Shown piece after piece: positions 52,464 to 64,000 of a DNA stretch of 64,000 nucleotides. The first letter of the stretch is position 1. Each line of letters begins with the position of its first letter. Origin of the DNA: Octopus sinensis (lineage: Eukaryota). The notes beneath the pieces are model-generated. The model had not been told where the DNA came from, did no database searches, and saw only the letters and a program-made list of their open reading frames with translations. The stretch covers positions 174,344,001 through 174,408,000 of the forward strand of contig NC_042998.1 in NCBI RefSeq assembly GCF_006345805.1. The letters run 5' to 3'. Both the position numbers and the translations under genes were made by a program.

Positions 52464-52465
52464 CG

Positions 52466-52528
<63 letters not shown>

Positions 52529-52664
52529 GAGTGAGAGAGCAGTTCATGCCATCAAAGTGACACTGGGGTAAAATATACGAAGCCCAATATACCCATCATG
52601 ACTACCCGTCTGATAAGGGTACACCAGGCACATGCATCACGACCATATGTGCGCGACATGGTGA

Positions 52665-52665
<1 letters not shown>
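52529..52665. repeat. 137-bp non-repetitive insert inside a long (TAT)n tract
   Basis: gagtgagagagcagttcatgccatc...gcgcgacatggtgat flanked by (TAT)n on both sides. Confidence 0.6.
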
Positions 52666-52696
<31 letters not shown>

Positions 52697-52718
52697 GATT
52701 ATTATTATTACTATATGA

Positions 52719-52777
<59 letters not shown>

Positions 52778-52959
52778 CATTATTATAACGAATGAAAACA
52801 AAATAAAATGAAATAAGACTTTTCGAGATAAGTAAGCAACGGCTAGCCGACCAAGCAAGAACAATAAGGCACGGTTAACAGATATAGAAATTGAAGAGAA
52901 AAAAAAGGTAAGTAAAAACAGTAATAATACTTCATCAGCAGATAACGTGCCTATTGAGG

Positions 52960-53530
52960 ATAGAGAAATGAATGGCGACAGTGAAAACGTAGAATAAAGT
53001 GGAAATGTATAAGACAACAAATGTGTACCTGAGGCGAGTGAGAAGAATATTGGCTTCAAAACTGAATGCTAGAAACATAAATTCGTACCCAGTCACAGTA
53101 GTTCGGTATAGTGCTGACATCTTGAAGTGAACAGAGATGGGTCTAAAAAAGTTGGACAGGAAGACAAGAAAGCTCCTTACGATGCGTGGAGCCCATCATC
53201 CACGTGCAGCCACTGATCGCCAAACATGAAGAGAGCGAATGTAGGAAGGGGACTGATAAGTTTGGAAGACTGTGTACGTATCGGACTCGAGAGCTTAATG
53301 AGATACCGATCTCAAAGTAAGGAAACTTTGCTTGTGTCAGATGGGAATGTGGGAGTATTGAAAGCTAATAAAAACAGAAAAACAAAGGAAGAAGCACAAA
53401 AATGACATGAAGAAGCATTATGCAACAAAGGACTACACAATCAATTCTACGTATCCACAACAGAAGTTACTGGAAAACATAGGTGGGATTAGCTGAAGAA
53501 AGGAACACTGAAAAATAAGACTAAGAACAC
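52960..53530 (+). pseudogene. R4/Dong-like RT thumb fragment
   Basis: LDRKTRKLLTMRGAHHPRAATDR...GRGLISLEDC. Confidence 0.8.
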
Positions 53531-53569
53531 TGACCTTTCAGGTATAGCTTCCTCTCGGCCCATCTCTGG

Positions 53570-53900
53570 GTGAGAGTAGTCACCTTTCTTACTAATCCGT
53601 CCTAGGTTTTGTCCATCTGGAGATGAGCACCGAACCAGATCCCGAGCAATTTAACCAGTGCCCAACGATACAGATGAATGGCATGTACTTTCCTCTCCGG
53701 GTACCAGGCAGCAATTCCACTGACTTTTCCTAGTTGATTTGCACTCTTGTTACCGTTCTGTACTCCCTGAAAGCGTTGCCGATTATCTCAATACGTTTGC
53801 TTTTCGACACCACTACAGTGATGCCGTCGAAATCTGCTGAAACGGATCTCCCCCATCTTAGTTCATGTGTCTTGCCCCTCAACAAGCAGCAATATTGATG
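53570..53900 (-). pseudogene. Tx1/L1-clade reverse transcriptase fragment
   Basis: SADFDGITVVVSKSKRIEIIGNAFREYRTVTRVQIN*EKSV...VKLLGIWFG..LQMDK matches the ADDIT...KINxxKS...LG.WFG pattern. Confidence 0.65.
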
Positions 53901-54634
53901 ACATAAAGTTAGTTGATTACATTTATCACTGTGCTTGGCTGGTAATTAATTTTCTCGATTTCTGATAGGATGAACGACAAAGTTGATGAAGGCGCAATTT
54001 AAGAATACCAGAAATTTAAAGGAAGGAGTCAATCAATTATTTCCGTCCTGGTATTTGAATGATACTTTATTTCATGGACGATAGAAGGATAAAGAACATA
54101 GTCGACCTCGGCTGCTCTTGAACGTAAAATGTAAAACAAAAAAGAGGAGTTTAAATACTGTAAAGTATTCTGCTCCACACCCGACAATAATTGCGAAATC
54201 TAACGTCGATCTGGAAGTTTTCCTCCAGACAAAACCAATAAAAATATAACAATAATTACGTTTCCTAATATTAATGAAATAAGTTGTCAATAACATTGAC
54301 AGTAACCAGACAGCATTATGAAACACAGTAGAGAGTGACAGTAACAAATATCATGGGAATGACATTTAATTATACTGCCATGATTTCCATCAGATCTCAA
54401 GAAGCAGAACAGCTTTAATCGTGCGTAGCAATTCTTCGCTTCAGCTACAACTGCTACCATTTAACCTAGCAACTTGAGTATATTTCGAAATTTATATAAA
54501 ATATGTCTAAACAGACAGAACTAAAATTCAATATGCAGAGTAACGTTTTATACATACAAGACACACACACACACACACACACACACAACACACACACACA
54601 CACACACACATACACACACAAACACACACACAAG

Positions 54635-54900
54635 CACCGCAGAGTGATCGAATGGTTAAGAAATTAACTGCTCCACCATGAGGTTCCGAATTCGATCATA
54701 TTGCATGGCATTTTGTGCAATTTGTCATTTTCTTTTTCTCTTAAGAGAAATTTTTCAAGCTGGGCAGTTGGAAACGCTATAAAAACCCGTCAGATAGATT
54801 GTACCTGTAATTTAAAGACAAAGCCTTGCCACACATTGTGTTACATCTAATCTACCTGAGAATTACATTAATGACACGTGTGTCTGTGGAATTTTTAGTT
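54635..54900 (+). mobile_element. Old SINE with an A-like head and a T1-like tail
   Basis: ccaccatgaggttccgaattcgatc head; tgtacctgtaatttaaag...gccttgcc...cctgagaattacattaa...gtgtctgtgga tail. Confidence 0.5.
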
Positions 54901-54903
54901 ACA

Positions 54904-55082
54904 TAGGCGTAGGAGTGGCTGTGTGGTAAGTAACTTGCTTACCAACCACATGGTTCCGGGTTCATTCCCACTGAGTGGCACCTTGGGTAAGTGTCTTCTA
55001 CTATAGCCTCAGGCCGACCAATGCCTTGTGAGTGGATTTGATAGACGGAAACTGAAAGAAGCCCGTCATATTTGTGTATATG

Positions 55083-55123
<41 letters not shown>

Positions 55124-55352
55124 TTGTGTGTCTGTGTTTGTCCCCCCCCCCCAAATTTGCTTGGCAACCGACGCTCGTGTGTTTACGTCCCCGTAACTTA
55201 GCAGTTCGGCAAAAGAGACCGATAGAATAAGTACTAGGCGTACAATAAGTAAGTCCTGGGGTCGATTTGCTCGATTAAAGGCGGTGCTCCAGCATGGCCA
55301 CAGTCAAATGACTGAAACAAGTAAAAGAGAAATGACTGAAACAAGTAAAAGT
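54904..55352 (+). mobile_element. SINE family A, full length, with duplicated tail end
   Basis: Head taggcgtaggagtggctgtgtgg; aaatgactgaaacaagtaaaag occurs twice at the end. Confidence 0.9.
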
Positions 55353-55567
55353 ATGTTAATTCAATGGGCAGTTAATTCAGTGAATCTTTTCTGTTGCTTT
55401 CACAATTTTAAATTTTGTCCCAATTGTTTTCACTGATTTAGTTTTGTATGCTAATTATGAAAACGAAATTAATTTTTGCCAATCAATAAATAAAAGTTGA
55501 TGGCTTTTAAAGTTTGCAGAATTTGAACAATTTTAACCAAACAAAAGCAACAAACACAAAGGTGCCC

Positions 55568-55581
55568 GTTTCCATAGTAAC
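55568..55581. promoter_or_regulatory. Candidate RFX X-box
   Basis: GTTTCCATAGTAAC fits GTYNCYATRGYAAC; no associated gene start identified. Confidence 0.2.
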
Positions 55582-55956
55582 AAGCGAAACTATAGTCTGC
55601 TTAAACCACCTCCACGTGTATTTTCTTTACCTGTGTATGTTCTTTTACGATTGCCTACTTTTTGGGACTGTAGTACATCGTTTTCTGGTTGTGTCCTGTC
55701 ACTGTTTTACCTTCATAATTTTTTAACTGCGTTTTCCTGGCCCGTTTCAACATAAATACAAGTATGACAGCAACCAACCCGTTTAGTCTTTCGAGTTTGA
55801 TAGAGAAAGCGAAACCGAGGAGAATGAAGTTCCTCACTTTCAAGAGAAGTGTGTTATCCCTAAGAGAAAATTGTGTTAAAAAAGGACTGGCAACAATGTT
55901 TGTGTTCTTTTAGCCCATTTAATTCTTTTGGCGAGCAGTCAAATCCAAGCCCTGTG

Positions 55957-56038
55957 CTAAACCCTAACACTAAGCCCTAGACCTAACCTTAAACCCTAAC
56001 CTTAAGCCTGAACACTAAACTTAAACCTAGACCCTAAC
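55957..56038 (+). repeat. Degenerate (CCCTAA)-like 6-mer repeat
   Basis: accctaacactaagccctagacctaaccttaaaccctaac...accctaac. Confidence 0.65.
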
Positions 56039-56360
56039 GGACAGTTTGTTTTTCTTTTTTGCGGGGGTGTAATATTTCACAAAAATCTTCGTTGGGGATT
56101 TTTTCTTGTTTAAATTATTTGCATGCTTGGGTCCACCGTTTCACATGACTTTATTCATTAAAACGTATTAAAAGTTCGAAACTTCTTACAACTTTCATCG
56201 TTATGTTTTTTCCAAATTTGCCAAATTTAAAAATCTTCACTTAATTTTAAAATTTCAAAATCTGTGACCACAACAGAAAAGACCCAATACAGTTGATCGA
56301 CCAACTGAATACTGATCGTCCAACCAACAGAGAACTATCTATCACAGCGCGCGCGCGTCC

Positions 56361-56397
<37 letters not shown>

Positions 56398-57309
56398 TAT
56401 GTGTGTACATACACTGAGAGAGGGCGAGTAGGGTGGAAAGGAGAGATAGAGGACATTCTATGGAGATAACTAAGAGGTGATATACGGAGCGTTGTACGCC
56501 AGAATTTCATTATAAATAGAAAGTTTTGTCTTAGAAGAAGAAAGAAAACAAAAACATAGCGAAAATGTTTAGGTATTCTCAAGCAAGTATTCATAACTTT
56601 CATCTCTGAATGTCAAAATTTATGTTAACTGATCAGCAGGTTTGATTAATTTGTATCTCTGCTAATGATTATAAGAGACTTTCAGACATCTATACATGAA
56701 AATTAGATTTGAGAAACTAACTGATGTCTTGAAATTATTTCCTCTTTCTTTGACATTCCTTCACATCTGCGCCTAAGCATTTTCTTTCCTCAACTAAAAG
56801 GGAGTTGAATTATCCAAATTCATATCATTGGCTCAATTATGCTATTTCCATTGTATCTTTAGTTATGAAAATTATGCAAGTCAAAAATTATTTGTAATTT
56901 TCTTTATGTAAACATTTGTGTTTAGGCTTCCTCATACTACATTATGCTAATGAAATTTAATGTAGAGAAACATGTCCATGTTTATATTCTTGCCTGCTCA
57001 TAAAAATCAGATTTCACTTACCCAGAAAAAGCAAATTTCCTTCGATAATTCTTGATTTCTTGATTAACTTCTTTTATTCTTTGGGAATATCTAACAACTG
57101 TCACTAGGCAAAATTCAATTCATTTCAATTAAGAAAAAATTTGCATACAACGTTCCTTTCATGGGCCTTTTACTTAATTCATCGACTTAACCTATTTGAA
57201 TTATTTATTTTACTTCGTTATATTTTTTAATTATATACAGATAGATATTATATATATGAATGTGTATGCCTGTCTTGTTTGTATAAGCACACATACGTAC
57301 ACTCATATA

Positions 57310-58580
57310 CAGTAGCGGCCATAATATAAGGCTCAGTAAGAACAAGTATATTGAAATATTTACTATAGAAGATTAACAAAACGTTGAGACTAGATATTTA
57401 ACACAAATTTCGATACATCTAATATCAATCTACGTGAAAATTTCAAGTGAATGGAATAAATATTTCGTAAGTTATGAGGAAATAAACAAATAAGCTTCCA
57501 AACTGCAATGACCAAAAGTTAAGGGTCACTTAGAAAAACAATGATATATGGAACAAGAACAAAAACGAAACCCTTACTATTAATATTTTGAGAATATATC
57601 TTTACTATCAATGACCTCCTGATATCTGATACTGTAGGACTGAATTAATTTCTTGCAAAATGATGAAGTAATACTGTTCCATTCGTTTTTCAATAATCCA
57701 CTGAGTTCATCTTGGTTCTTTGGATCTCTCCTTCGCGCCCTGTCTCCGATAACCTTCCAAACGTTTTCTATAGGGTTGAGATCGAGACTTTGAGCTGACC
57801 AGTCCATGAGAAGAACCCCTTCATCACTCAAAATATCTTTGACTCGCTTCGCAATGTGACAGGGAGCGTTGTCCTGCACGAAAATAGGAGGTTGAACTGA
57901 CGAGGATCGGAGATATGGAAGGGCATGCTGTCTAAGAATCTGCTTTTAGATTTCAGCATTGACAGTCCCTTGTAGGCGAATAAGTGGACCGAGACCAGCA
58001 TCAGAGATCACTCCCCATACCATTACACTGCCTCCTCCATCTTTGTCTGTCTTCTTCAAGCATGCACGAGATAACCTTTCGCCACTTCTGGTCGGAAGTA
58101 CATCCTGCCATCGGAACTAATCACATTAAACTTTGGTTCATCACTAAAATGAACCAGCGACCACTGTTCTTCTGTCCAAACGACATGTTTGTGAGCGAAA
58201 CGAAGACGGGCTCTTTGATTCTTCTTGGGGATCATACGTTTCTTTGCTGGTGCCCGAGCAAGCAACCTAGAACCTCGTAACCTCCGAGAAACTGTTTTAC
58301 GCGATACGTTGACATGGGAGGTGGAGCTAAACTCGCGGGATATCTCAGTAGCACTCTTAAACCTATCCTTCAATGACATTCTAACCATAATACGACCCTA
58401 TTTTGGTGAAGTTTTATACGAGATCTACCGGTTTGGGGTTTAGCAGCTGTCGATCCTGATGACCTAAAACGAGCTACAATATGTTGCACAACACTTCTAG
58501 ACCTTCTTACAGGCACAGCTTTTTAATAAACCATCAGTTTTCTTTTATCAAGTCTAGTTTTCAAGATGTAGCAAACATTT
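57310..58580 (-). mobile_element. Tc1-family transposon, frameshifted transposase, only one terminus seen
   Basis: SRSVVQHIVARF; VHFSDEPKFN; QDNAPCH...WSAQSLDLNPIENVW; TA|CAGTAG terminus at 57310. Confidence 0.9.
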
Positions 58581-59519
58581 TACACGTTGAAACATCCACT
58601 TGTGAACTGGGTTTTAGGGACCCTAGACGCAACTGAGTTTTTGGTGCATGAGAACTTAAATTCATTTTAGGAGATATATTTGGGGGCGCTAATTTCAAAA
58701 AATTACATTGATTTAGACATATCAATTCTAATTAATGATCTTCAAATAATGTCAGTATCAATGCTTTTAATATATTGCATGCGACAAAACTACGCATTGG
58801 ATAGTGTTGATGTGACTGAGTACTCCCGCATTGATTTTTAAAAGGACAAAATTTTAATTGATAGGCAAAAACCAATATAATTTTTAGGATTCAGCACCTA
58901 TAAATTAATAAAAACAACTCTTAGATATAAGTCAGCAAAAGTTGTTTCCCAAATCCACAACCAGATAGTCAAACAGCGCAACCATTCGGGTGAAGCACAA
59001 CCTACTACATTTCTTTGAAGTATTTTATCCTAACAAAAAACATTATAGAATGTCATTCCACAGAAAACAAGTCACAGTTTTGCTCATATACAAAAGCATG
59101 TCTTCACAAAAATACTATTACGCTCTATCAATATGCATGACATCTAGATCAATATTTGTTATAACGTGTACGAAATGCATACATATATTGCAGAATATTT
59201 CTTTGAAAAAATTGTGTGGATACGCAATGTTCAAGAACGTAATTTGTGTGAGTGAAATTGGATTGACGTAAACCGTATAGAAACCCATCAGAAACCCATC
59301 AAAGAGCAGGCAATTCATTAGCTTGAACAAAAGAATACTGAACGATGAAACCGATAGAGATCAATTTACACACGCACACACACATAGACACGCACATGCA
59401 TACACATACATACATGTGTGTGCGTGTGTGTGTGTGCGCGTGTGTGTGTGTGTGTGTGTGTGCGTGTGTGTGTGTGTATTTGTGTGTGTGTGTATCTGTG
59501 TGTGTGTGTGTGTGTGTGA

Positions 59520-60590
59520 ATCTACAATCCTCAGGTAAAATTTTAAACAAGTATAAGCAGGCAAGATAAAATCTTGATGATGACCCGTCCAACAAATAAC
59601 ATGATGAACATGTGGTATTTTGAAAACGAACATTCGAATTTATAGCGAAATCAGAAGTATAACGGGTATGCGAGGAACAATGGGACCAAAACATCCTTAT
59701 TATTTAAAGCAGATATCTTAATTAGTTTAACTTGATATGAAGGAGTGTCTGCAAACAGGTAGGCTGTAGTCGAATCATTTCTAGGAAGATATCTTGTCGG
59801 TTAAGAGAGAGGCAGGCTTTTGGGCAGCAGAAAGACGTAAAAACGTCAACATTTCACTCTAGTAGACACTCACACGCATACAGACATATGCACCCATATA
59901 CACTTAGACATAAGTATACATATATACATAAAAATTTGAATGTCCTAAAATACCGTAAATATTCGAATATAGTCCGCCCTTGAGTATAATACGCAAGGGG
60001 TTTTTAGGGGGCTGTACCTCTGAAAAACCTAATCCTTGTGTATAAAACGCACTCCTTCTCTAACTTGAGTCAAGGAGGTCTATATAACGTCCTTGGTTTG
60101 TAAAAATGTATACGGTAACGTCCTTTATTATTATTGTATATATAACATAATGCAAACGTGTAGCTTTTTTGTGCATTTTGTTTGCAGAAAATAAAGAAAT
60201 AACACTAATAACAGTAATAACGTTTAATAAATGTTGCTTATTGCAAGTTATGGATGATTCTTTTATGACTGCATTGCTTTCAGGCTTAGCTTAAGGTATT
60301 TTCGCGCCCGACAACACAAAAGGCGTCTGAATAAACATTGCTGGACAGCAAATAGAGACTCGGACATTGCTTAGAAAATAATTTTCATTTTTAACCTCGT
60401 ATATAGTACGCACTAGGGATTTTAACCTTTAAATTTTTGGGAAAAAATGCGGATTATACTCGAGAGTTTACGGTATCACATATTCAACATGTTATTTGTT
60501 GGATAGGTTGTCATCAAGGTTTTACTTTTCCTAGTTATATCTGTTTAAAATTTTACCTGAAGATCATTGATTTTTACTATGATGTAATCT
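59520..60590. repeat. Diverged 110-bp inverted repeat pair (59520-59630 and 60476-60590)
   Basis: caggtaaaattttaaaca...ccaacaaataacatg versus catgttatttgttgga...tgtttaaaattttacctg. Confidence 0.7.
59953..60473. mobile_element. Non-autonomous Tc2/pogo-like element (MITE), 521 bp, TA target duplication
   Basis: TA|ccgtaaatattcgaatatagtccgc versus gcggattatactcgagagtttacgg|TA. Confidence 0.8.
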
Positions 60591-60853
60591 ATGAAAACAC
60601 CAATGAAATTCTGCTGAAACAACTGCAGCAAATTTTAAACCCCATTCGTGTTCTTTATTCCTACACCGTATCTGGAACTAGGCCTGTGTCAGATTCACCG
60701 TTTAAATTAGATTTGGCACTTATATATCAATGAGGTAAAACAGTAATGAGGTGCCATGTGTTGGTAGTGTGCCTGCAGTATACTAACAGCACATGATACA
60801 TTAAGGTTGTTTTGCCTCACTGTGAACCCTATTTATGGTACTTAGCCAGTTAT

Positions 60854-60903
60854 TGGCGACCTACGTGCTGAGACCCCTAGATTCCAACGAATATTGTTTC
60901 TGA

Positions 60904-60945
<42 letters not shown>

Positions 60946-60990
60946 AACAACATTCGTTAGAATCTAGTGGCCTCGCCACGTAGGTCGCCA
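60854..60990. repeat. Hairpin with about 50-bp arms and a (TA)n centre
   Basis: tggcgacctacgtg...ctagattccaacgaatattgtttctga (TA)n tcagaaacaacattcgttagaatctag...cacgtaggtcgcca. Confidence 0.85.
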
Positions 60991-61326
60991 GCCACCACCA
61001 CCACCAGGGTCACTACTACTACGACCAACAGTCACTGCTACTACTGCTATTTCAGCCGCTGGTCATTTTCACAATTTCAGCCAAACGAATCTAGTCAACG
61101 CAAAATACAGCCATTAAGCTCTCCCCCCCTCCCACAAAAAAACCACCACGTGGACTCTGTTGAGACTAGTAAGAAACAAGTATTAACTTTTTTGTTACAC
61201 TTAATTTTTAAAATTATTTTTGAGCAGGTTCGTTTTTTCAGGAAGAACCGAAACATGGGAAATCTTTAAGAAAATTAAAATTTTATCTTATATAGTGGCG
61301 TTTTCAAACTTCTTTATATATATATA

Positions 61327-62925
61327 CTGTGGGGGTCAAAAGTGTTTGCAAATTGTATATATTGATAAATTTATTCTTCAATATTTTCCAATATAATAAC
61401 TATGTTACTCATTGTTCGATATGCAAATATATAAAGTAAATTCCTAGAGACGGAAACCAAATAATCATATTCTGGGGGAAAAATATGGATTTTTTAAAAA
61501 ATTTCAGGAAGAATATGGGCCAAAAGAGTTTGCAAGACTCATTTATTCGAAATAAATAACATTTTTAAACATAATATAATTTGAAACATTGTGTCATTAT
61601 GATAATAGTACCATATATTGATAACATATTACAAGAAAACACAGTTACTGCTCAAATAACAATTAACAAAACAATACAAATTTATAAAACAATTTAACCC
61701 TTTATACGCTTTCCTCCATTCTTAATCAAATCCATCAGCCTCCTTCAACAGAGATGTTAATTTATGCACTTGTTGAGGTGTGATTTCAGAAGATATCTCC
61801 TTGATCCTCTCCCAATGTCTTTTTTTACTGTTGAATTGATGCCCGTTTTTCGTAAAACTTCTCTTCTTCAGAATCGACCATAGGTTCTCTATCGGATCAA
61901 ATCCGGGCTCTGAGGTGGCCAGTCCATCAGACGTTCACCAGAGATCCTCTGGTCTGAAAGCCAAGCTTTTGTGAACCGAGAAGCATGGCTGGGGCATTGT
62001 CTTGTTGAATAATGAGATTCTGGTTGACAGCATCATTTTGTGAATTCAACCAGGGCAATAAATTCTCTTCCAAAACTCACAGTAGTTCACAAATTCATTT
62101 TGACACCTTCAGGGACAAGAAAAGGACCAACATCTCACTTCCAATAATCCCAGCCCAAATCATCACTCCCCCTCCTCCCTGTTTGACGTCTGAATCGCAA
62201 GCGTGGGCTATTGCCTTTAAGAAGCCATCCCTTGGTCCAACCGTCGGACTGTCGAGGGTTGCTCTAGCCTCGTCAGTCCAGAGAACATTTTGAAAATTGG
62301 TTTTCAAATATTAGTGGCCCATGCTAGTCGCTTCTGACAGTTGATATCACACCTCAAAGGGGACATTTTTTCGGTGTTCTCTGGTCGGCGCTATTTTTCA
62401 AAATCTGATTTCAGGTCCTTTTAGAGATGTCAGACACTCCTGCATGGTCGAAAAGAGCTTTGCTTGTGCTGTGTGGGTTTGCTACACACTCCTCTTGATT
62501 TTTCTCAAATCTCGTGTTGAAGTCACCTTTGGTCTGCCACTTTTGTGCTTTTTTCTTTTTCTTCCTCTTTGTCGTCAATGACGAACGTTCACAGTTCGAT
62601 GATCTCGTTTCAAAATTTTTGAAATTTCTAATGTAGGACTTCTTTGCAGCAAGTAATTTAACAATTTCACCCTTCTCACTATCTGTCAACAGCTTTCCTT
62701 TAGCCCTTATAATAAATTTAGGTTAACTGCATAAACTTTTGGCTCACATGAAAAGAGGAAAATGTTTAACAATTATTAAATTCTGTTTTTTTTGTAAAAT
62801 GTAGTAATGAAAACAAAACAGAATGGCAACCAGTAAATGATGGAAGAGGTGAAACTAAAAAATAAAGCAAAATTAATAAAGAAATTGAGAAAAAATAGGT
62901 CTGCAAACTCTTTTGTCCCCCACAG
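61327..62925 (-). mobile_element. Full-length (1599 bp) Tc1-family transposon with IR/DR ends, frameshifted transposase
   Basis: TIRs ctgtgggggtcaaaagtgtttgca and ctgtgggggacaaaagagtttgca with TA flanks; inner repeats at about 61517 and 62730; WTDE, GGGVMIWAG, QQDNAP, WPPQSPDL.PIENLW. Confidence 0.92.
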
Positions 62926-62927
62926 TA

Positions 62928-62991
<64 letters not shown>

Positions 62992-63299
62992 TATATATTA
63001 TTATATATTATATATATATATATATATACAATATATATATAATTAGTGATTGAAGAAATGGAGTTGAACGAAGATTGAACAGAAATCGTTTATTGCATTC
63101 TACACGTGTTCGAAAGCCACAATTTACCAAATTCCGATTGAATAAGGAGACCATATTGTGTCTTTCTCTTCAGGGAGAAATAGGAAATCCGTTGGCAAAA
63201 ACAAAAACAGAACAGAGGCGCAGCAAAACAAATCGAACGGTTAAACTTTTGATTTATCTGCAATAAGATTATTCATCTTTCTATTTCACAAAATATATA

Positions 63300-63521
63300 T
63301 CATCATCATCATCATCATCATCATTTAGCATCCGTTTTCCATGCTAGCATGGGTTGGACGGTTCTACTGGGGTCTGTGAAGCCAGAAGGCTTCATCAGGC
63401 CCAGTCAAATCTGGCAGTGTTTCTACGGCTGGATGCCCTTCCTAACGCCAACCACTCCGTGAGTGTAGTGGGTGCTTTTTTACGTGCCACCCGCACTGGT
63501 GCCAGACAGAGCTGGCGAACG

Positions 63522-63525
<4 letters not shown>
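63300..63525 (-). mobile_element. LINE-tail-like/SINE element ending in (ATG)n
   Basis: (CAT)n followed by tccgttttccatgctagcatgggttggacgg...ggctggatgcccttcctaacgccaacc; recalled as an abundant octopus repeat. Confidence 0.6.
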
Positions 63526-63589
<64 letters not shown>

Positions 63590-63639
63590 AAAGTGTGGTG
63601 TATGTGTGTATCTGTTGAATGCATAAAGGTATGTATGTA

Positions 63640-63843
63640 GGTAGGCAGGTAGTAGGTAGGTAGGTAGGTAGGTAGGTAGGGGTAGGTAGGTAGGTAGGTA
63701 GGTATGGAGGTAGGGAGGTAGGTAGGTAGGCAGGTAGGCAGGCAGTAGGCAGGTAGATAGGTAGTAGGTAGGTAGGTAGGTAGGTAGGTAGGTAGGTAGG
63801 TAGGTAGGTAGGTAGGTAGGTAGGTAGGTAGGTAGGTAGGTAG
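63640..63843. repeat. (GTAG)n tetranucleotide microsatellite
   Basis: Direct inspection; source of the PTYL-repeat ORFs. Confidence 0.95.
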
Positions 63844-64000
63844 CTCTGCTTGTAAGTATATGTGTATGTGAGTATGCTTGCCTGTATGTGTGCATACGCA
63901 CACGCTAAAATCCTGTCTTCCGAACAGTTTCCCTTGGCAAAAATTTCTCTTAGACTGTGCGAAACAGAGGCTACAGTACATGATTCTTATCCATGAAATG

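Noticed and set aside
56250-56480. CpG/GA-repeat-rich stretch that might be a promoter or first exon
   Set aside because: Mostly simple repeats; no downstream coding exon identified in the window

Overview
AT-rich eukaryotic genomic DNA, most likely an octopod cephalopod (Octopus-like). This is inferred from recognisable tRNA-derived SINE families and very dense (TA)n/(CA)n/(ATT)n microsatellites; no database check was run. Only one intact protein-coding region is supported: a single-coding-exon, divergent class A peptide-receptor-like GPCR (36596..37762, +) with a splice acceptor in its 5' UTR. The other ORFs in the track are microsatellite artefacts or decayed transposon fragments. The remainder is mobile-element debris: several SINE families with shuffled modules, restriction-like-endonuclease (RLE) non-LTR elements sitting in microsatellites, a Tx1-like RT fragment, a decayed Penelope-like element (PLE), Tc1/mariner/pogo-type DNA transposons and MITEs, and a Chapaev3-like fragment. 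The most interesting signal is a set of five groups of small non-coding elements, mostly embedded in (TA)n, that each fold by hand into a type I hammerhead ribozyme. They include a near-identical ~563-bp tandem array with an internal inversion (33186..35362), a ~435-bp circularly permuted fold-back unit with a fully canonical core (30529..31208), and core variants (U3-A8, U6, C4). Together they look like a retrozyme/PLE-dependent RNA-replicon system. All folds are manual and no activity has been tested. Coordinates of decayed elements are approximate.
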